From: Burkholderiales bacterium
GTDB lineage: Bacteria; Pseudomonadota; Gammaproteobacteria; Burkholderiales; Casimicrobiaceae
Direction of reading: 5' to 3'
Assembly (NCBI GenBank): GCA_031257235.1
Contig: JAIRPA010000067.1
Coordinates: 1 to 31,676 of the forward strand
DNA length: 31,676 nt
Position 1 is the first letter of the stretch; each line of letters opens with the position of its first letter. The position numbers and the translations under genes were made by a program. This document shows positions 1 through 8,827 of the stretch, one piece after another. The notes under the pieces were generated by a model. That model was not told where the DNA came from and did not search any database. It saw only the letters and a list, made by a program, of their open reading frames with translations.

Positions 1-460
1 ATCCGACACATCTGGCGTATTCATTTCCTGAATTGTCTCGGCAACTCATCACCCCTGTACTTTGCGAATAAGTACAAACCAACCCCATCGGATCACTAAA
101 CAACACCGGCTCCCCCTCCACATACGCGTACTTATTGATTCCGCCCATAAGCCCAATCGGATCCTCACTAATAAACCTCTGATACAACGGCGAATAGTAT
201 CTTGCGCGGTAGTAGTAAAAACCCGTCGCGCCATCGTACACATAAGCCGTGGTCTCGCCGTTGATCGTTTTGGTTTGACGACGACCCATCGCGTCGTACC
301 GAAACGACGCAAATGCCTTGTTCGCCGCAATGTCGTGAATGATCACCAATTGATTCCTCGCGTCCCAATAGTATTTGTACATCCCGTCACTTGACAAATT
401 CCCGTTCGCATCATACGTCAAGGTTTTGCCGTCGAACTTGATCAGACGATCTGATCTATC
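1..460 (-). pseudogene. Rhs-repeat core remnant (orphan or degenerate) with the start of a C-terminal toxin; runs off the left edge
   Basis: Manual translation of the minus frame 460->2 has no stop: DRLIKFDGKTLTYDANGNLSSDGMYKYYWDARNQL...FRYDAMGRRQTKTINGETTAYVYDG-ATGFYYYRARYYSPLYQRFISEDPIGLMGGINKYAYVEGEPVLFSDPMGL-VCTYSQSTG.... This shows YD repeats, the Rhs core motif and the DPxGL boundary. An in-frame TAA lies at 461-463, and there is an in-frame ATG at 382. Confidence 0.85.
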
Positions 461-508
461 TTACGTCATACGGGTATGGGATGCAATCCGGTGTTCCTTT
501 GGCGGCTT

Positions 509-546
509 GGATTCTGCGACTTCGCTTCGCTACATGCAGAATGACG
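509..546 (-). repeat. CGTC-type palindromic (REP-like) unit
   Basis: The reverse complement reads CGTC-ATTCTGC...GCGAAGCGAAGTC-GCAGAAT-CC, similar to 653-699 and 12947-12994. Confidence 0.75.
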
Positions 547-614
547 TAGTATGGGGGTTGTGCGGAGGAAGGTTTGATTCCGCGTTTTGCAATAACAAAA
601 AACCGGATTGGGTT

Positions 615-649
615 TCAGGAATCAGAGGTCAGGGATCAGGGATCAGAGA
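615..649 (+). repeat. Heptamer tandem array (TCAGRRR)x5
   Basis: TCAGGAA TCAGAGG TCAGGGA TCAGGGA TCAGAGA. Confidence 0.9.
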
Positions 650-652
650 CGC

Positions 653-699
653 CGTCATTTAAGCGCGCAGTTTGCGAAGCAAACGAAGTCGCAGAATCC
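653..699 (+). repeat. CGTC-type REP-like unit (degenerate 5' arm)
   Basis: CGTCATTT...GCGAAGCAAACGAAGTCGCAGAATCC, a near copy of 12947-12994. Confidence 0.7.
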
Positions 700-715
700 A
701 CGTCGCCTTTTCCTC

Positions 716-844
716 AAAAAATCGTCGGGGTTTTGGTCTCCACTAACTTTGCTTCGCAAAGTAAGTTCCGCCCCAACCAAAGGTTGTCCCGCGATTTTTT
801 GGTAACTCCAACCGCCCAAAAGTAGGGGTTTACTTTTGGGCGAA
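716..844 (+). repeat. Double-hairpin element copy 1 (56-nt insertion in the loop of hairpin 1)
   Basis: AAAAAA TCG T CGGGG [731-786] TCCCG CGA TTTTTT GGTAACTCCAA C CGCCCAAAAGTA GGGGTT TACTTTTGGGCG AA. Confidence 0.85.
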
Positions 845-2122
845 TACCTGATTCCTGAAATCCTGACACCAAAACACCCGCTCCCCGTGGTAGGGCATCT
901 GCGCGGCAGCCTCCACGGCGTCCCCGATCACAAGAATGGACGGTTTCTCACACGCCGCCGCCATCTCGGTCAAGGAAGCCAGCGTTCCGATCACGGACTT
1001 TTCTTTATCCGACCCGATCTTGGACACAAATGCGCAAGGCGTGGAAAGCGCGACCTGATGATCAATGGCGCTTTGTTGTATCTCGCGCGCAAAACTCATT
1101 GCCATCAATACGATCACCGTATAAGGTTTTGACCGAACCACCGACATCCAATCATCGTTGAATCTTCCGCCGCGCAAGTGCGCAGACACCACCAACGCGC
1201 CGGAGGCAACATCGCGCAGCGTCACGGGAATGCCGGACGCCACCGCCCCCGCCAACATGGAAGAAACCCCGTTGATGATATCAACGTTAATGTGGTGACG
1301 GGCAAGCATGGAGGCTTCATCAAACATTCTTGCAAAAATCGACGGGTCTCCCCCTTTCAATCGCCCGACGGTATAACCTTGACGCGCGTAATTCAGCAAT
1401 AAGGCGTTGATTTCTTCCTGCGTTTTGGTCGCGTGCCCTTTTTCTTTACCCACGGATATTTTTATACAATCAGCAGGCAGTAAATCCACCACGGATTTGC
1501 CCACCAAGCCGTCAATCAACGCCACATTGAGTGTCGGCAAGGCTCGAATGGCCGCCAGTGTCAAGTGTTTGACGTGACCGGGTCCGCAACCGATTAAATA
1601 GACTTTTTCGCCCTTAGGGGTTTGCGGCGCAAAAGGCGCAACTTTGGCGCGTTTGTTCCGCAACGTTTGATAGAAGGACTTGGGTAATTCGGGGACGCAA
1701 AGTTTGATCACGTCACGAATTTTTTGCGCGTAGGAGGGCGAAGCACCGCCGGTACTCACCGACACGCAAAGATCGTGGTTTCGGTACGTCGCGCCAAAAT
1801 AAAAATCACAGTATTCGGGAACGTCCACACAGTTGAGCCAATAACGATAGTGTTTTCGGTGATTCCATAACCATTGCGATAACGATAAATCTCCGGTGGC
1901 GTTGATCACCACATCAAAGGCGTCCGCTCCCTTTAAATCCTCTTGATCAAATGCTTTTAAAACAACAGGCAAATGATGAAAATACGGATCACGAATACTT
2001 GTTGCCATGACGGTTAATGAAGAATCACTCTCCAAAATCACTTTGGCTTTTTGCGCGGCAACCCTCCCCGCTCCGATTAAGAGGATTTTTTTAGGCGTGA
2101 CCGCAATCGGGAGTATGTTCAT
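830..2122 (-). CDS. cysG: Siroheme synthase (precorrin-2 dehydrogenase/ferrochelatase fused to uroporphyrinogen-III C-methyltransferase)
   Basis: N-terminal Rossmann motif LLIGAGRVA, NCVDVPEYCDFYF and VSTGGASP. The methyltransferase half has VYLIGCGPG and LKGGDP. It is the last gene of the sulfite-reductase operon, with an ATGA overlap with sir. Confidence 0.9.
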   Translation of the reverse strand: MNILPIAVTPKKILLIGAGRVAAQKAKVILESDSSLTVMATSIRDPYFHHLPVVLKAFDQEDLKGADAFDVVINATGDLSLSQWLWNHRKHYRYWLNCVDVPEYCDFYFGATYRNHDLCVSVSTGGASPSYAQKIRDVIKLCVPELPKSFYQTLRNKRAKVAPFAPQTPKGEKVYLIGCGPGHVKHLTLAAIRALPTLNVALIDGLVGKSVVDLLPADCIKISVGKEKGHATKTQEEINALLLNYARQGYTVGRLKGGDPSIFARMFDEASMLARHHINVDIINGVSSMLAGAVASGIPVTLRDVASGALVVSAHLRGGRFNDDWMSVVRSKPYTVIVLMAMSFAREIQQSAIDHQVALSTPCAFVSKIGSDKEKSVIGTLASLTEMAAACEKPSILVIGDAVEAAAQMPYHGERVFWCQDFRNQVFAQK

Positions 2123-4488
2123 TTTTTCCTTATCTTAACGTGCCACACATCGCCGACTTTGTCTTGCGATAAGATGGCGTGCCCTTCGTTGGCCACCGAT
2201 TGCGGCACGTTATCAATCGGCGCGCCGTCGTCTAACACAATTTCCAAAAGCTCCCCGCTTTTCATCTGCGCCAAATCTAATTTGGTTTTGACAAAGTTCA
2301 TCGGGCAGGCAACCCCGCGATAATCTTTAAAACGGTTCACCGGCGGTGTGGCGAGGGGTTGCGCCTTAACGCCTAAGGTTGAGGCTTCTCCCTTGTTGGG
2401 TTGATCCTTTGAATTTTCTATCTCTGCACTTCTTGCCTGCCCCTCCCCTGTGGAGGGACGATTCACCGCAAAAGAAAGAGTATGATCCATCGTTTGATAA
2501 AGCGCGATCACTTCACGCGCAAGATCAATCACTTTGGCAGTAGGCGCGCCATTAAGCTCGTCTATGTATTGAGTGCCGATATAACCTTTGTCGATAAAGT
2601 AAAGGCGGAAGGCTTTCAACACCGCTTCTTCCTGACGCGAATCATCGCCTTGCGTGACCAATAACATCCGCGCCGCCAAAAGCCGTATGGTGCGCAACGC
2701 CGTTTCATCTTGCGGTGCGTTTAAAAGTTCGGTTAAGGCTTTTTTGTCCGCCTCGATCAAATCATACATGCCCGCGCTGCATTCGCCCGTGCCGCGTCCT
2801 TTGATGGAAAAAAGCGTTTTTGCCGAATAATCAAAATACGGATTTTTATCGTCGTCAAAATCGGGAATGTCGGATAATTGATCGGCGACGGCTTTCACGG
2901 TTTGCTCACCGGTATCGTCGATCCAGTCGGAAAAAGTGCGGTAGCCGGGCTTGACCGAAAGCCATGATTTCATCACCTCCACAACAAATTGCGGCAAATG
3001 AAAAGCACTGATGTCCGCGACTTTACGCGCAAACCGCGTATTATTTTCGCCGGTTTTGGCGCCGACCAAGACGTTATAGGCAGGATAAGGCACACCGTTT
3101 TTACGCAAAAGTTTCCCAAAAAAACCCAAGTCGGCAATGGCGTGTTTGCCACAGCTATTGGGGCACCCCGACAAATGAATTTTGATGTCCGAAAGCGCGT
3201 CTAACGCAAGATCGGATTGCGTCAAGGCTTTTTCAATCGGTTTTAACGCGCCGCGCGGAATAGTCACCCCCAGCTGGCAGGTGGCCGCACCCGTGCAAAC
3301 AACGATATTGCCGATCACCGGTGCTTTGACGGATAAAGGTGCCAATTGTCGGATTAAAGGGTACAACGCCATGACCGACGATGCCGTTAAATTGCGTAAG
3401 TACGCGTTTTGATCGGCGGCAAACCGAATCACGTCGTGGTGATCGGTGAGCTTTGCGAGTTGATCCGCCAATTGAACGGCAAAATCGGCGTGAATATCGC
3501 CCAAGCTCAACGGGAGCTTAACCAAATAATAGCCTTTTTGTTTTTGAGGAATCACATAACGGTTCCACCACAAACGCTCTTCTTCATTGAGAGGCGGCAA
3601 GGCATCATCGGCAAGCGGCGTGACTTCTGATAGGGGCGATAAAGTGAGCGGCTTTAGCCCTTGCGCGCGCAAGGCGGACATCTTTTCACGGACTAACGCT
3701 TTGAAGGTATCAAAACCCAAGTCCTCCACCAAAAAACGAAGCCGCGCGTGGTGTTTATTTTTGCGATTGCCTTTTTCATTGAATAATTCTTTAATGGCCT
3801 GCGCGACGCAATAAATGTCTTCCTCCGGCAAAAAGTCGATTAAAAGGTCACTCAATCGGGATTTTGCGCCCATCCCTCCGGCAATCCAAACGCCAAACCC
3901 GCGTTTGCCGTCTTTGATTTTGGCGATGAATCCCACATCGGAAAACGACGCGCCGCTTAAATCTTGGGTAGACCCGGAAAAAACAATTTTATATTTGCGC
4001 GGTAATTGATACGAATCTTTCAAAGACAACATCGCTTCGGTCAGCGCGACGGCGTGCGGCGTGGTATCAAACACTTCGTGTTGAGACACGCCTGCGTCAA
4101 AGTCCGCCATGATGTTGCGCACGGTATTGCCCCCGCCGCCGCGCCCCGTTAATCCCACCTGATGCAAGGCGTCAATGATCGTCAACAATTGAGGATGCGA
4201 CACCTGATGAATCTGCGCGCCGGCGCGAGTGGTGACATGAACGCGCTTGTCTCCGTAACGTTGCGCAAGCTCGCCCAACACACGCAATTGCGCGGGCGAA
4301 ATCAGCCCGCCGGCAAGTTTGACCCGCACCATATAAGTATCGGGATCGCGTTGCTCATAAATACCAAACGGAACGCGATACGTTTTGAACGCAACCGCGT
4401 CTAATGAGCCTTGGGCAAAATCACGATACTGCTTGGAAAAGGTATTAAAGTCTTCGTGGACTTCTTTGGGAATTGCATAACCGGTCAT
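2119..4488 (-). CDS. sir: Sulfite reductase hemoprotein (NiR/SiR family, siroheme/[4Fe-4S]) with a C-terminal TusA/SirA-like domain
   Basis: HVTTRAGAQIH, LPRKYKI, CTGAATCQLG...SGCPNSCG cluster/siroheme ligands. The C-terminal DYRGVACPMNFVKTK is TusA-like. Context is sulfate assimilation. Confidence 0.88.
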   Translation of the reverse strand: MTGYAIPKEVHEDFNTFSKQYRDFAQGSLDAVAFKTYRVPFGIYEQRDPDTYMVRVKLAGGLISPAQLRVLGELAQRYGDKRVHVTTRAGAQIHQVSHPQLLTIIDALHQVGLTGRGGGGNTVRNIMADFDAGVSQHEVFDTTPHAVALTEAMLSLKDSYQLPRKYKIVFSGSTQDLSGASFSDVGFIAKIKDGKRGFGVWIAGGMGAKSRLSDLLIDFLPEEDIYCVAQAIKELFNEKGNRKNKHHARLRFLVEDLGFDTFKALVREKMSALRAQGLKPLTLSPLSEVTPLADDALPPLNEEERLWWNRYVIPQKQKGYYLVKLPLSLGDIHADFAVQLADQLAKLTDHHDVIRFAADQNAYLRNLTASSVMALYPLIRQLAPLSVKAPVIGNIVVCTGAATCQLGVTIPRGALKPIEKALTQSDLALDALSDIKIHLSGCPNSCGKHAIADLGFFGKLLRKNGVPYPAYNVLVGAKTGENNTRFARKVADISAFHLPQFVVEVMKSWLSVKPGYRTFSDWIDDTGEQTVKAVADQLSDIPDFDDDKNPYFDYSAKTLFSIKGRGTGECSAGMYDLIEADKKALTELLNAPQDETALRTIRLLAARMLLVTQGDDSRQEEAVLKAFRLYFIDKGYIGTQYIDELNGAPTAKVIDLAREVIALYQTMDHTLSFAVNRPSTGEGQARSAEIENSKDQPNKGEASTLGVKAQPLATPPVNRFKDYRGVACPMNFVKTKLDLAQMKSGELLEIVLDDGAPIDNVPQSVANEGHAILSQDKVGDVWHVKIRKK

Positions 4489-4883
4489 ACCGTCACCTCC
4501 AAGGTTTCCGGCTCAACCACGCCGCCGACAATTTTAAAAGATCGAACATCCGGCTTGTCTCCCGCAAGAGACACGATGACATAGTGAATCCCGGGATCAA
4601 ACGCAAGCCTGATGTCTTCCCTCGAAGGACGCGCGGGCGACGCCGGATGTGAATGATAACACGCCACCGGCTTTAGTCCTTGTAGCCTCGCGGCTTTGAG
4701 CGCGGCAAATTGCTCTTTAGGATCAAACGAAAAATGTTCTTCGCTTTGATCCACATTCGTCAACGGGCGCGCGGATTGTGCCGTATCCCCGTTGCCGATT
4801 AAATACCCGCACGCCTCAATGGGTGCGTCTTTTTGCGCGTGCGCGATGATTTGCGCCAACGCATCTTTCGTGATTCTAAGCAT
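4485..4883 (-). CDS. JAB1/MPN/Mov34 (JAMM) metalloprotease, Mec+/HcyD-like
   Basis: EACG near the N-terminus and the JAMM motif HSHPASPARPSRED; adjacent to ThiS-like and ThiF-like genes. Confidence 0.92.
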   Translation of the reverse strand: MLRITKDALAQIIAHAQKDAPIEACGYLIGNGDTAQSARPLTNVDQSEEHFSFDPKEQFAALKAARLQGLKPVACYHSHPASPARPSREDIRLAFDPGIHYVIVSLAGDKPDVRSFKIVGGVVEPETLEVTV

Positions 4884-5688
4884 GGTTTTTTAACTCACAT
4901 AAAGGTTGTTCATAATCGGTCAAAGAAATTTTTTGAGGGTCGGCGCAAACGCGGCAACGCGGATTTTTCTTAAACTTCGCACGTTGAAACGCCATGGTTT
5001 TTGCGTCAAACCTTAATAAGGTATCCGTCAATAAGCTGCCCACTCCCGTGAAATACTTCAACGCTTCTGCCGCTTGAATGGTGCCCAGCATTCCGGCAAC
5101 CGCGCCTAAAATGCCGGCGGAGGAACAAGTCGGCACCAAGCCCGGAGGCGGCGGCGCGTTAAAAGCACAAGCGTAACACGCGGATTGACCGGGATAAATG
5201 GTCATCGTCTGCCCGGCAAAACGCAAAATGCCGCCGTGCGAATAGGGTTTGGATAACAAAACACACGCGTCGTTAATTAAAAACTTAGCGGCGAAATTAT
5301 CCGTGCCGTCAATAATAAAATCGTAAGGCGCGATGATCGATTCAATGTTCTCGGCAGATAACATCGTATGATAATCATCCACTTGAATGGAAGGATTGAT
5401 AGCGAGCATCTTTTGTTTTGCAGACACCACTTTGGGCGTGCCGATGTCGGCGGTGGTGTGAATCACTTGGCGCTGCAAATTGCTCAAGTCCACCACGTCA
5501 CCGTCCACAATACCGATTCTCCCCACGCCGGCCGCTGCAAGATACAACGCAATCGGCGAACCCAATCCGCCCGCGCCGATAATCAATACCGACGCATTGA
5601 ATATTTTTTCCTGCCCTTCGATCCCGATATCTTCTAAGATGATGTGGCGGGAGTAACGCTCTAAGGCTTCATCCGTAAATAATGTCAT
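4876..5688 (-). CDS. ThiF/MoeB/HesA family (E1-like) sulfur-carrier adenylyltransferase, no rhodanese domain
   Basis: ERYSRHIIL, GAGGLGSP, SNLQRQ, DGTDNF, and CxxC pairs (CYAC, CRVC). The start was moved from the ORF track's 5742 to ATG 5688, which overlaps the upstream stop (ATGA). Confidence 0.92.
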   Translation of the reverse strand: MTLFTDEALERYSRHIILEDIGIEGQEKIFNASVLIIGAGGLGSPIALYLAAAGVGRIGIVDGDVVDLSNLQRQVIHTTADIGTPKVVSAKQKMLAINPSIQVDDYHTMLSAENIESIIAPYDFIIDGTDNFAAKFLINDACVLLSKPYSHGGILRFAGQTMTIYPGQSACYACAFNAPPPPGLVPTCSSAGILGAVAGMLGTIQAAEALKYFTGVGSLLTDTLLRFDAKTMAFQRAKFKKNPRCRVCADPQKISLTDYEQPLCELKNHA

Positions 5689-5894
5689 TGCCCGCCACCC
5701 ATGAAATAGAGAAAGTCCACCACATCGCCTTCTTTGAGCCACGTCGTCGCGTAATCGGGTTTGCGCAAAAATTCTTCGTTTAATTGTATCGAGACCATGT
5801 CGGGTTGATCGACCGATTCAATTGTTAATAAGTCGGAAATGTTGATTTTTTCCTGCGTGAATGTTTTTTCTTCGCCATTGATGATGAGTTTCAT
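5685..5894 (-). CDS. ThiS/MoaD-family ubiquitin-like sulfur carrier ending GGG-Q
   Basis: 69 aa, MKLIINGEEK...LKEGDVVDFLYFMGGGQ. RBS (AGGAG) upstream. Confidence 0.92.
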   Translation of the reverse strand: MKLIINGEEKTFTQEKINISDLLTIESVDQPDMVSIQLNEEFLRKPDYATTWLKEGDVVDFLYFMGGGQ

Positions 5895-5902
5895 CGTGTC
5901 TC

Positions 5903-7282
5903 CTAAATAGTATAGTCTTGGTTTTTGTTGCCCAAATCGGGAAAACGATGCGGAAAATGTTTCCGCAACAATAAAAATAAGGCATCTTCAAAATCCGCGT
6001 CGGGTCGCTCTCCTTCCGTCGGATGCGTCAAGCCTTGTAATACAATCCCGCCGCCGGCGGCATTATAACCGTCTACAATCACAAACCGCCCTAAGGTAGG
6101 ATTATCTTTAAACGCCGTCAGCGCCATAGGGTCTTGGAACTTTAAGATCACACAACCGCATTCATTGCGATTCAACCCGTAATAATCCTCCGCCCCTGAA
6201 TCCTCTCCTAATTTTCGCTCAATCTTTTCTAACCAAACGCGCGCTTTGGCGCTCCCCAATTTTAAAAGATACGGGCGGTCAAACGTTAAAGGTTGTTGCC
6301 CCAACCATATAATATTCGCCTCGATTCTTTGGGTGACGATGATCGGAGAAGGTTCGTCGGATTTCACCATGACCTCGCCACTTTTGACATAAATATCTTC
6401 CACCAAAGTCAGACCGGTGGCTTCATCGGTGGAAGACTGTGATTTTGTCGGCGCGTTCCATGATTCTATAGATTTGATATGCGCTTCTTTATTGGACGGC
6501 AAAAACCGAACGGGATCACCAATGCGAATCGTGCCGCTGGTCACGGTGCCCGCGTAAATTCGGCGATCGTCGTTATCGTTACTGAAGCGATAAATATCTT
6601 GCAAGTGCATCGAAAAAAATGCCTCATGATCCGCTACGGAATTTTGAAAACTGTCCAATAATTCCAATACCGTTTTTCCCTGATACCAGCTCATTTCTTC
6701 GGCGCGCCGCGTTAAGTTTTTGCCTTCACGCGCCGATACCGGAACAATGGCGTAAGGTTTAACATTCAGCGTGGCAAGATACGCCTCGTACTCGTTTTTA
6801 ATTTGACGAAACACACTTTCATCGTAATCAAAACGATCCAATTTATTGACCAACACAATCACTTGCTCGATGCCTAAAAGCGACAACAACAAACCATGTC
6901 GACGTGAATTTTCGGCAACCCCGGAGAGCGCGTCAATCACCAAAACAGCCGCGGCGGCACGCGATGCCCCGCTCAACATATTGCGCAAAAACTCGATGTG
7001 CCCGGGAGCGTCGATCAACACATATTCCCGTTTCTCGCTTTTGAAAAAGACACGCGCGCTGTCAATGGTAATGCCTTGTTTTTGTTCGTCTTCCAAGGCA
7101 TCCAATAACATCGAATATTCAAAGACGCGACCGTTTTCGGCGCACGATTGCCGAATCTTCTCAATTTTGCCGGAGGGCAAAGAATGCGTGTCGGCTAAAA
7201 GCCTTCCGACCAACGTGCTTTTGCCGTGATCCACATGCCCGGCAATCACAATGTTCATCCGTTCCAAAAGTTGTTCAGACAT
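5903..7282 (-). CDS. cysN: Sulfate adenylyltransferase subunit 1 (GTPase), no APS-kinase domain
   Basis: [24 protein letters not shown] and SAREG GTPase motifs; C-terminal LRKHFPH. Confidence 0.93.
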   Translation of the reverse strand: MSEQLLERMNIVIAGHVDHGKSTLVGRLLADTHSLPSGKIEKIRQSCAENGRVFEYSMLLDALEDEQKQGITIDSARVFFKSEKREYVLIDAPGHIEFLRNMLSGASRAAAAVLVIDALSGVAENSRRHGLLLSLLGIEQVIVLVNKLDRFDYDESVFRQIKNEYEAYLATLNVKPYAIVPVSAREGKNLTRRAEEMSWYQGKTVLELLDSFQNSVADHEAFFSMHLQDIYRFSNDNDDRRIYAGTVTSGTIRIGDPVRFLPSNKEAHIKSIESWNAPTKSQSSTDEATGLTLVEDIYVKSGEVMVKSDEPSPIIVTQRIEANIIWLGQQPLTFDRPYLLKLGSAKARVWLEKIERKLGEDSGAEDYYGLNRNECGCVILKFQDPMALTAFKDNPTLGRFVIVDGYNAAGGGIVLQGLTHPTEGERPDADFEDALFLLLRKHFPHRFPDLGNKNQDYTI

Positions 7283-8160
7283 TACATATACCCTTCTTTT
7301 CGTAATTGTTCTAACGTCCCGCCGCCTTCTTGATCTTGGGCGCGCCCCGATCGCTCGGCGATGTTTTTAAATTTACCGCTCACTAACTCCTCAATAATGT
7401 CTTTAGGCGTTTGGGCGGAAGACTCCACCGGTGAGGTGCAGGGGTAGCACCCCAACGAGCGATAACGAATGCCTTTCCCCTGATCGAAATAAATCGGAAT
7501 CACCGGAATTTTTTCTTTCTCGATGTATTCCCAAATCGTGAGTTCCGTCCAATCCAAAAGCGGATGAACACGCACATGGGTTTTGGGCGCAAACTCGGTT
7601 TTATAGAGATTCCACAATTCGGGAGGTTGAGACCCTGCATCCCATTCGCTACGTTCATCGCGTGCCGAAAACACGCGCTCTTTGGAGCGGCTGCCCTCTT
7701 CGTCACTGCGCACCCCGACAATCGCCGCCTGATAAGGCTCGGCATGATCATAGCTTTCCCAGCGATCGGCGCGATAATCGTAAACGCGCCGCGGCCATGT
7801 GCCGTCTAAGGTGTGATTCAACGCCTCGCTTTTAAGGGCTTTACAACATTCGATGCGCGTTTTCCCGTTTGGATACGTTTGTTGTTCACTCAACGCCTTT
7901 TGGTTTTGCCCCACGACCAAACGTAACTTCAAGGCTTTGGCAACCTGATCCCGATAAGTAATCATCTCCGGGATTTTAAGACTGGTGTCAATATGCAATA
8001 AATCAAACGGCACGTGTCCATAAAACGCCTTTTTGGCCAGCCACAACAATACCGTGCTGTCTTTGCCGATAGACCATAACATGCAGCACCGCTTGAATGA
8101 GCGATACGCCTCTCTGAGTATAAAGATACTTTGCGCTTCTAGTTTTTCGAGTTTATCCAT
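7282..8160 (-). CDS. cysD: Sulfate adenylyltransferase subunit 2
   Basis: [19 protein letters not shown]-loop, [22 protein letters not shown]; TAATG overlap with cysN. Confidence 0.93.
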   Translation of the reverse strand: MDKLEKLEAQSIFILREAYRSFKRCCMLWSIGKDSTVLLWLAKKAFYGHVPFDLLHIDTSLKIPEMITYRDQVAKALKLRLVVGQNQKALSEQQTYPNGKTRIECCKALKSEALNHTLDGTWPRRVYDYRADRWESYDHAEPYQAAIVGVRSDEEGSRSKERVFSARDERSEWDAGSQPPELWNLYKTEFAPKTHVRVHPLLDWTELTIWEYIEKEKIPVIPIYFDQGKGIRYRSLGCYPCTSPVESSAQTPKDIIEELVSGKFKNIAERSGRAQDQEGGGTLEQLRKEGYM

Positions 8161-8827
8161 GAGACTTCCTTGTGTGTAATCCGCATTCTTTATGTTCCGG
8201 GTTTTCCCACCACCAGCGACCGGCGCGAATGTCTTCGTTTGCCGCGATGGCGCGCGTGCAAGGCGCGCAACCGATGCTTCTAAAACCTTCCCGATACAAG
8301 GCGTTGTTCGGCAACGAATGCGCGTTCATATAATCCGTCACGGCATCCTCTGACCAATGAGCCAGCGGATTAAATTTTAAACATTGAAACGATTCATCGT
8401 ATTCGACGACATGTATGTTTTCGCGCGTCACGGATTGCGCCGCGCGAAGCCCGGTCACCCATGCGGTTTTTCCCGCAAGCGCACGCGCCAATGGGCGCAC
8501 CTTGCGCACGTTGCAACAACGCTTTCGGTTTTGCAAACTTGCCCGCATTGCCCATTCGTCGGCAAAATCGGCTTCCAAAGATCGAAGTTCGTGTTCATCC
8601 GGTGTATATCGGTGAATGGTTAAATTGAAGAAGGTTTCAATCTGACGATGCAGGTCAAGGCTTTCTTTGAAATGCCTGCCCGTGTCTAAGGTGAACACTT
8701 CAAAAGGGCGCGTCAAACGCTCTTTTAATAAATGAAGCACCACCACGTCTTCGGCTTGATAACTCAACGCTAACGCAATGTCGCCTTCTAATTTGTTCAA
8801 TAAATGAAAAGCAAGATCAAATGACAT
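8153..8827 (-). CDS. cysH: Assimilatory APS reductase ([4Fe-4S] type, CysH family)
   Basis: LDTG, CC-x-x-RKVRPL, SIGCAPCT and C-terminal ECGLH. The CC...CxxC ligands indicate APS rather than PAPS specificity, consistent with the absence of cysC. Confidence 0.9.
   Translation of the reverse strand: MSFDLAFHLLNKLEGDIALALSYQAEDVVVLHLLKERLTRPFEVFTLDTGRHFKESLDLHRQIETFFNLTIHRYTPDEHELRSLEADFADEWAMRASLQNRKRCCNVRKVRPLARALAGKTAWVTGLRAAQSVTRENIHVVEYDESFQCLKFNPLAHWSEDAVTDYMNAHSLPNNALYREGFRSIGCAPCTRAIAANEDIRAGRWWWENPEHKECGLHTRKSHG

Noticed and set aside
49-394. ORF-track ORFs 49..330(-), 62..394(+) and 168..368(-)
   Set aside because: They are shadow frames. The Rhs motifs lie in a different minus frame (460->2) that the track missed because it has no stop inside the window.
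615-649. Heptamer arrays or dispersed repeats as a CRISPR array
   Set aside because: There is no repeat-spacer periodicity, the units are 7 bp without spacers, and no cas genes are present.
574-825. Short ORFs over the repeat loci (also 12692-13178, 14834-15178, 21533-21949, 22478-22984, 29537-29929)
   Set aside because: Their similarity to one another (for example KKSSG..., NRQKV) comes from translating the same DNA repeat. They have no RBS or coding signature.
2441-2457. CCCTCC-N5-GGAGGG hairpin in the Sir linker as a coding REP insertion
   Set aside because: It is only 6 bp, occurs once and does not match the window's repeat consensus, so it could be chance.
5689-5742. N-terminal extension of the ThiF/MoeB ORF (similarly for cysW, rpsF, rpsR, pntAa, pntAb and the amidohydrolase)
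   Set aside because: It overlaps the upstream gene or leader. Downstream ATGs have an RBS or stop-start overlap and match family N-termini.
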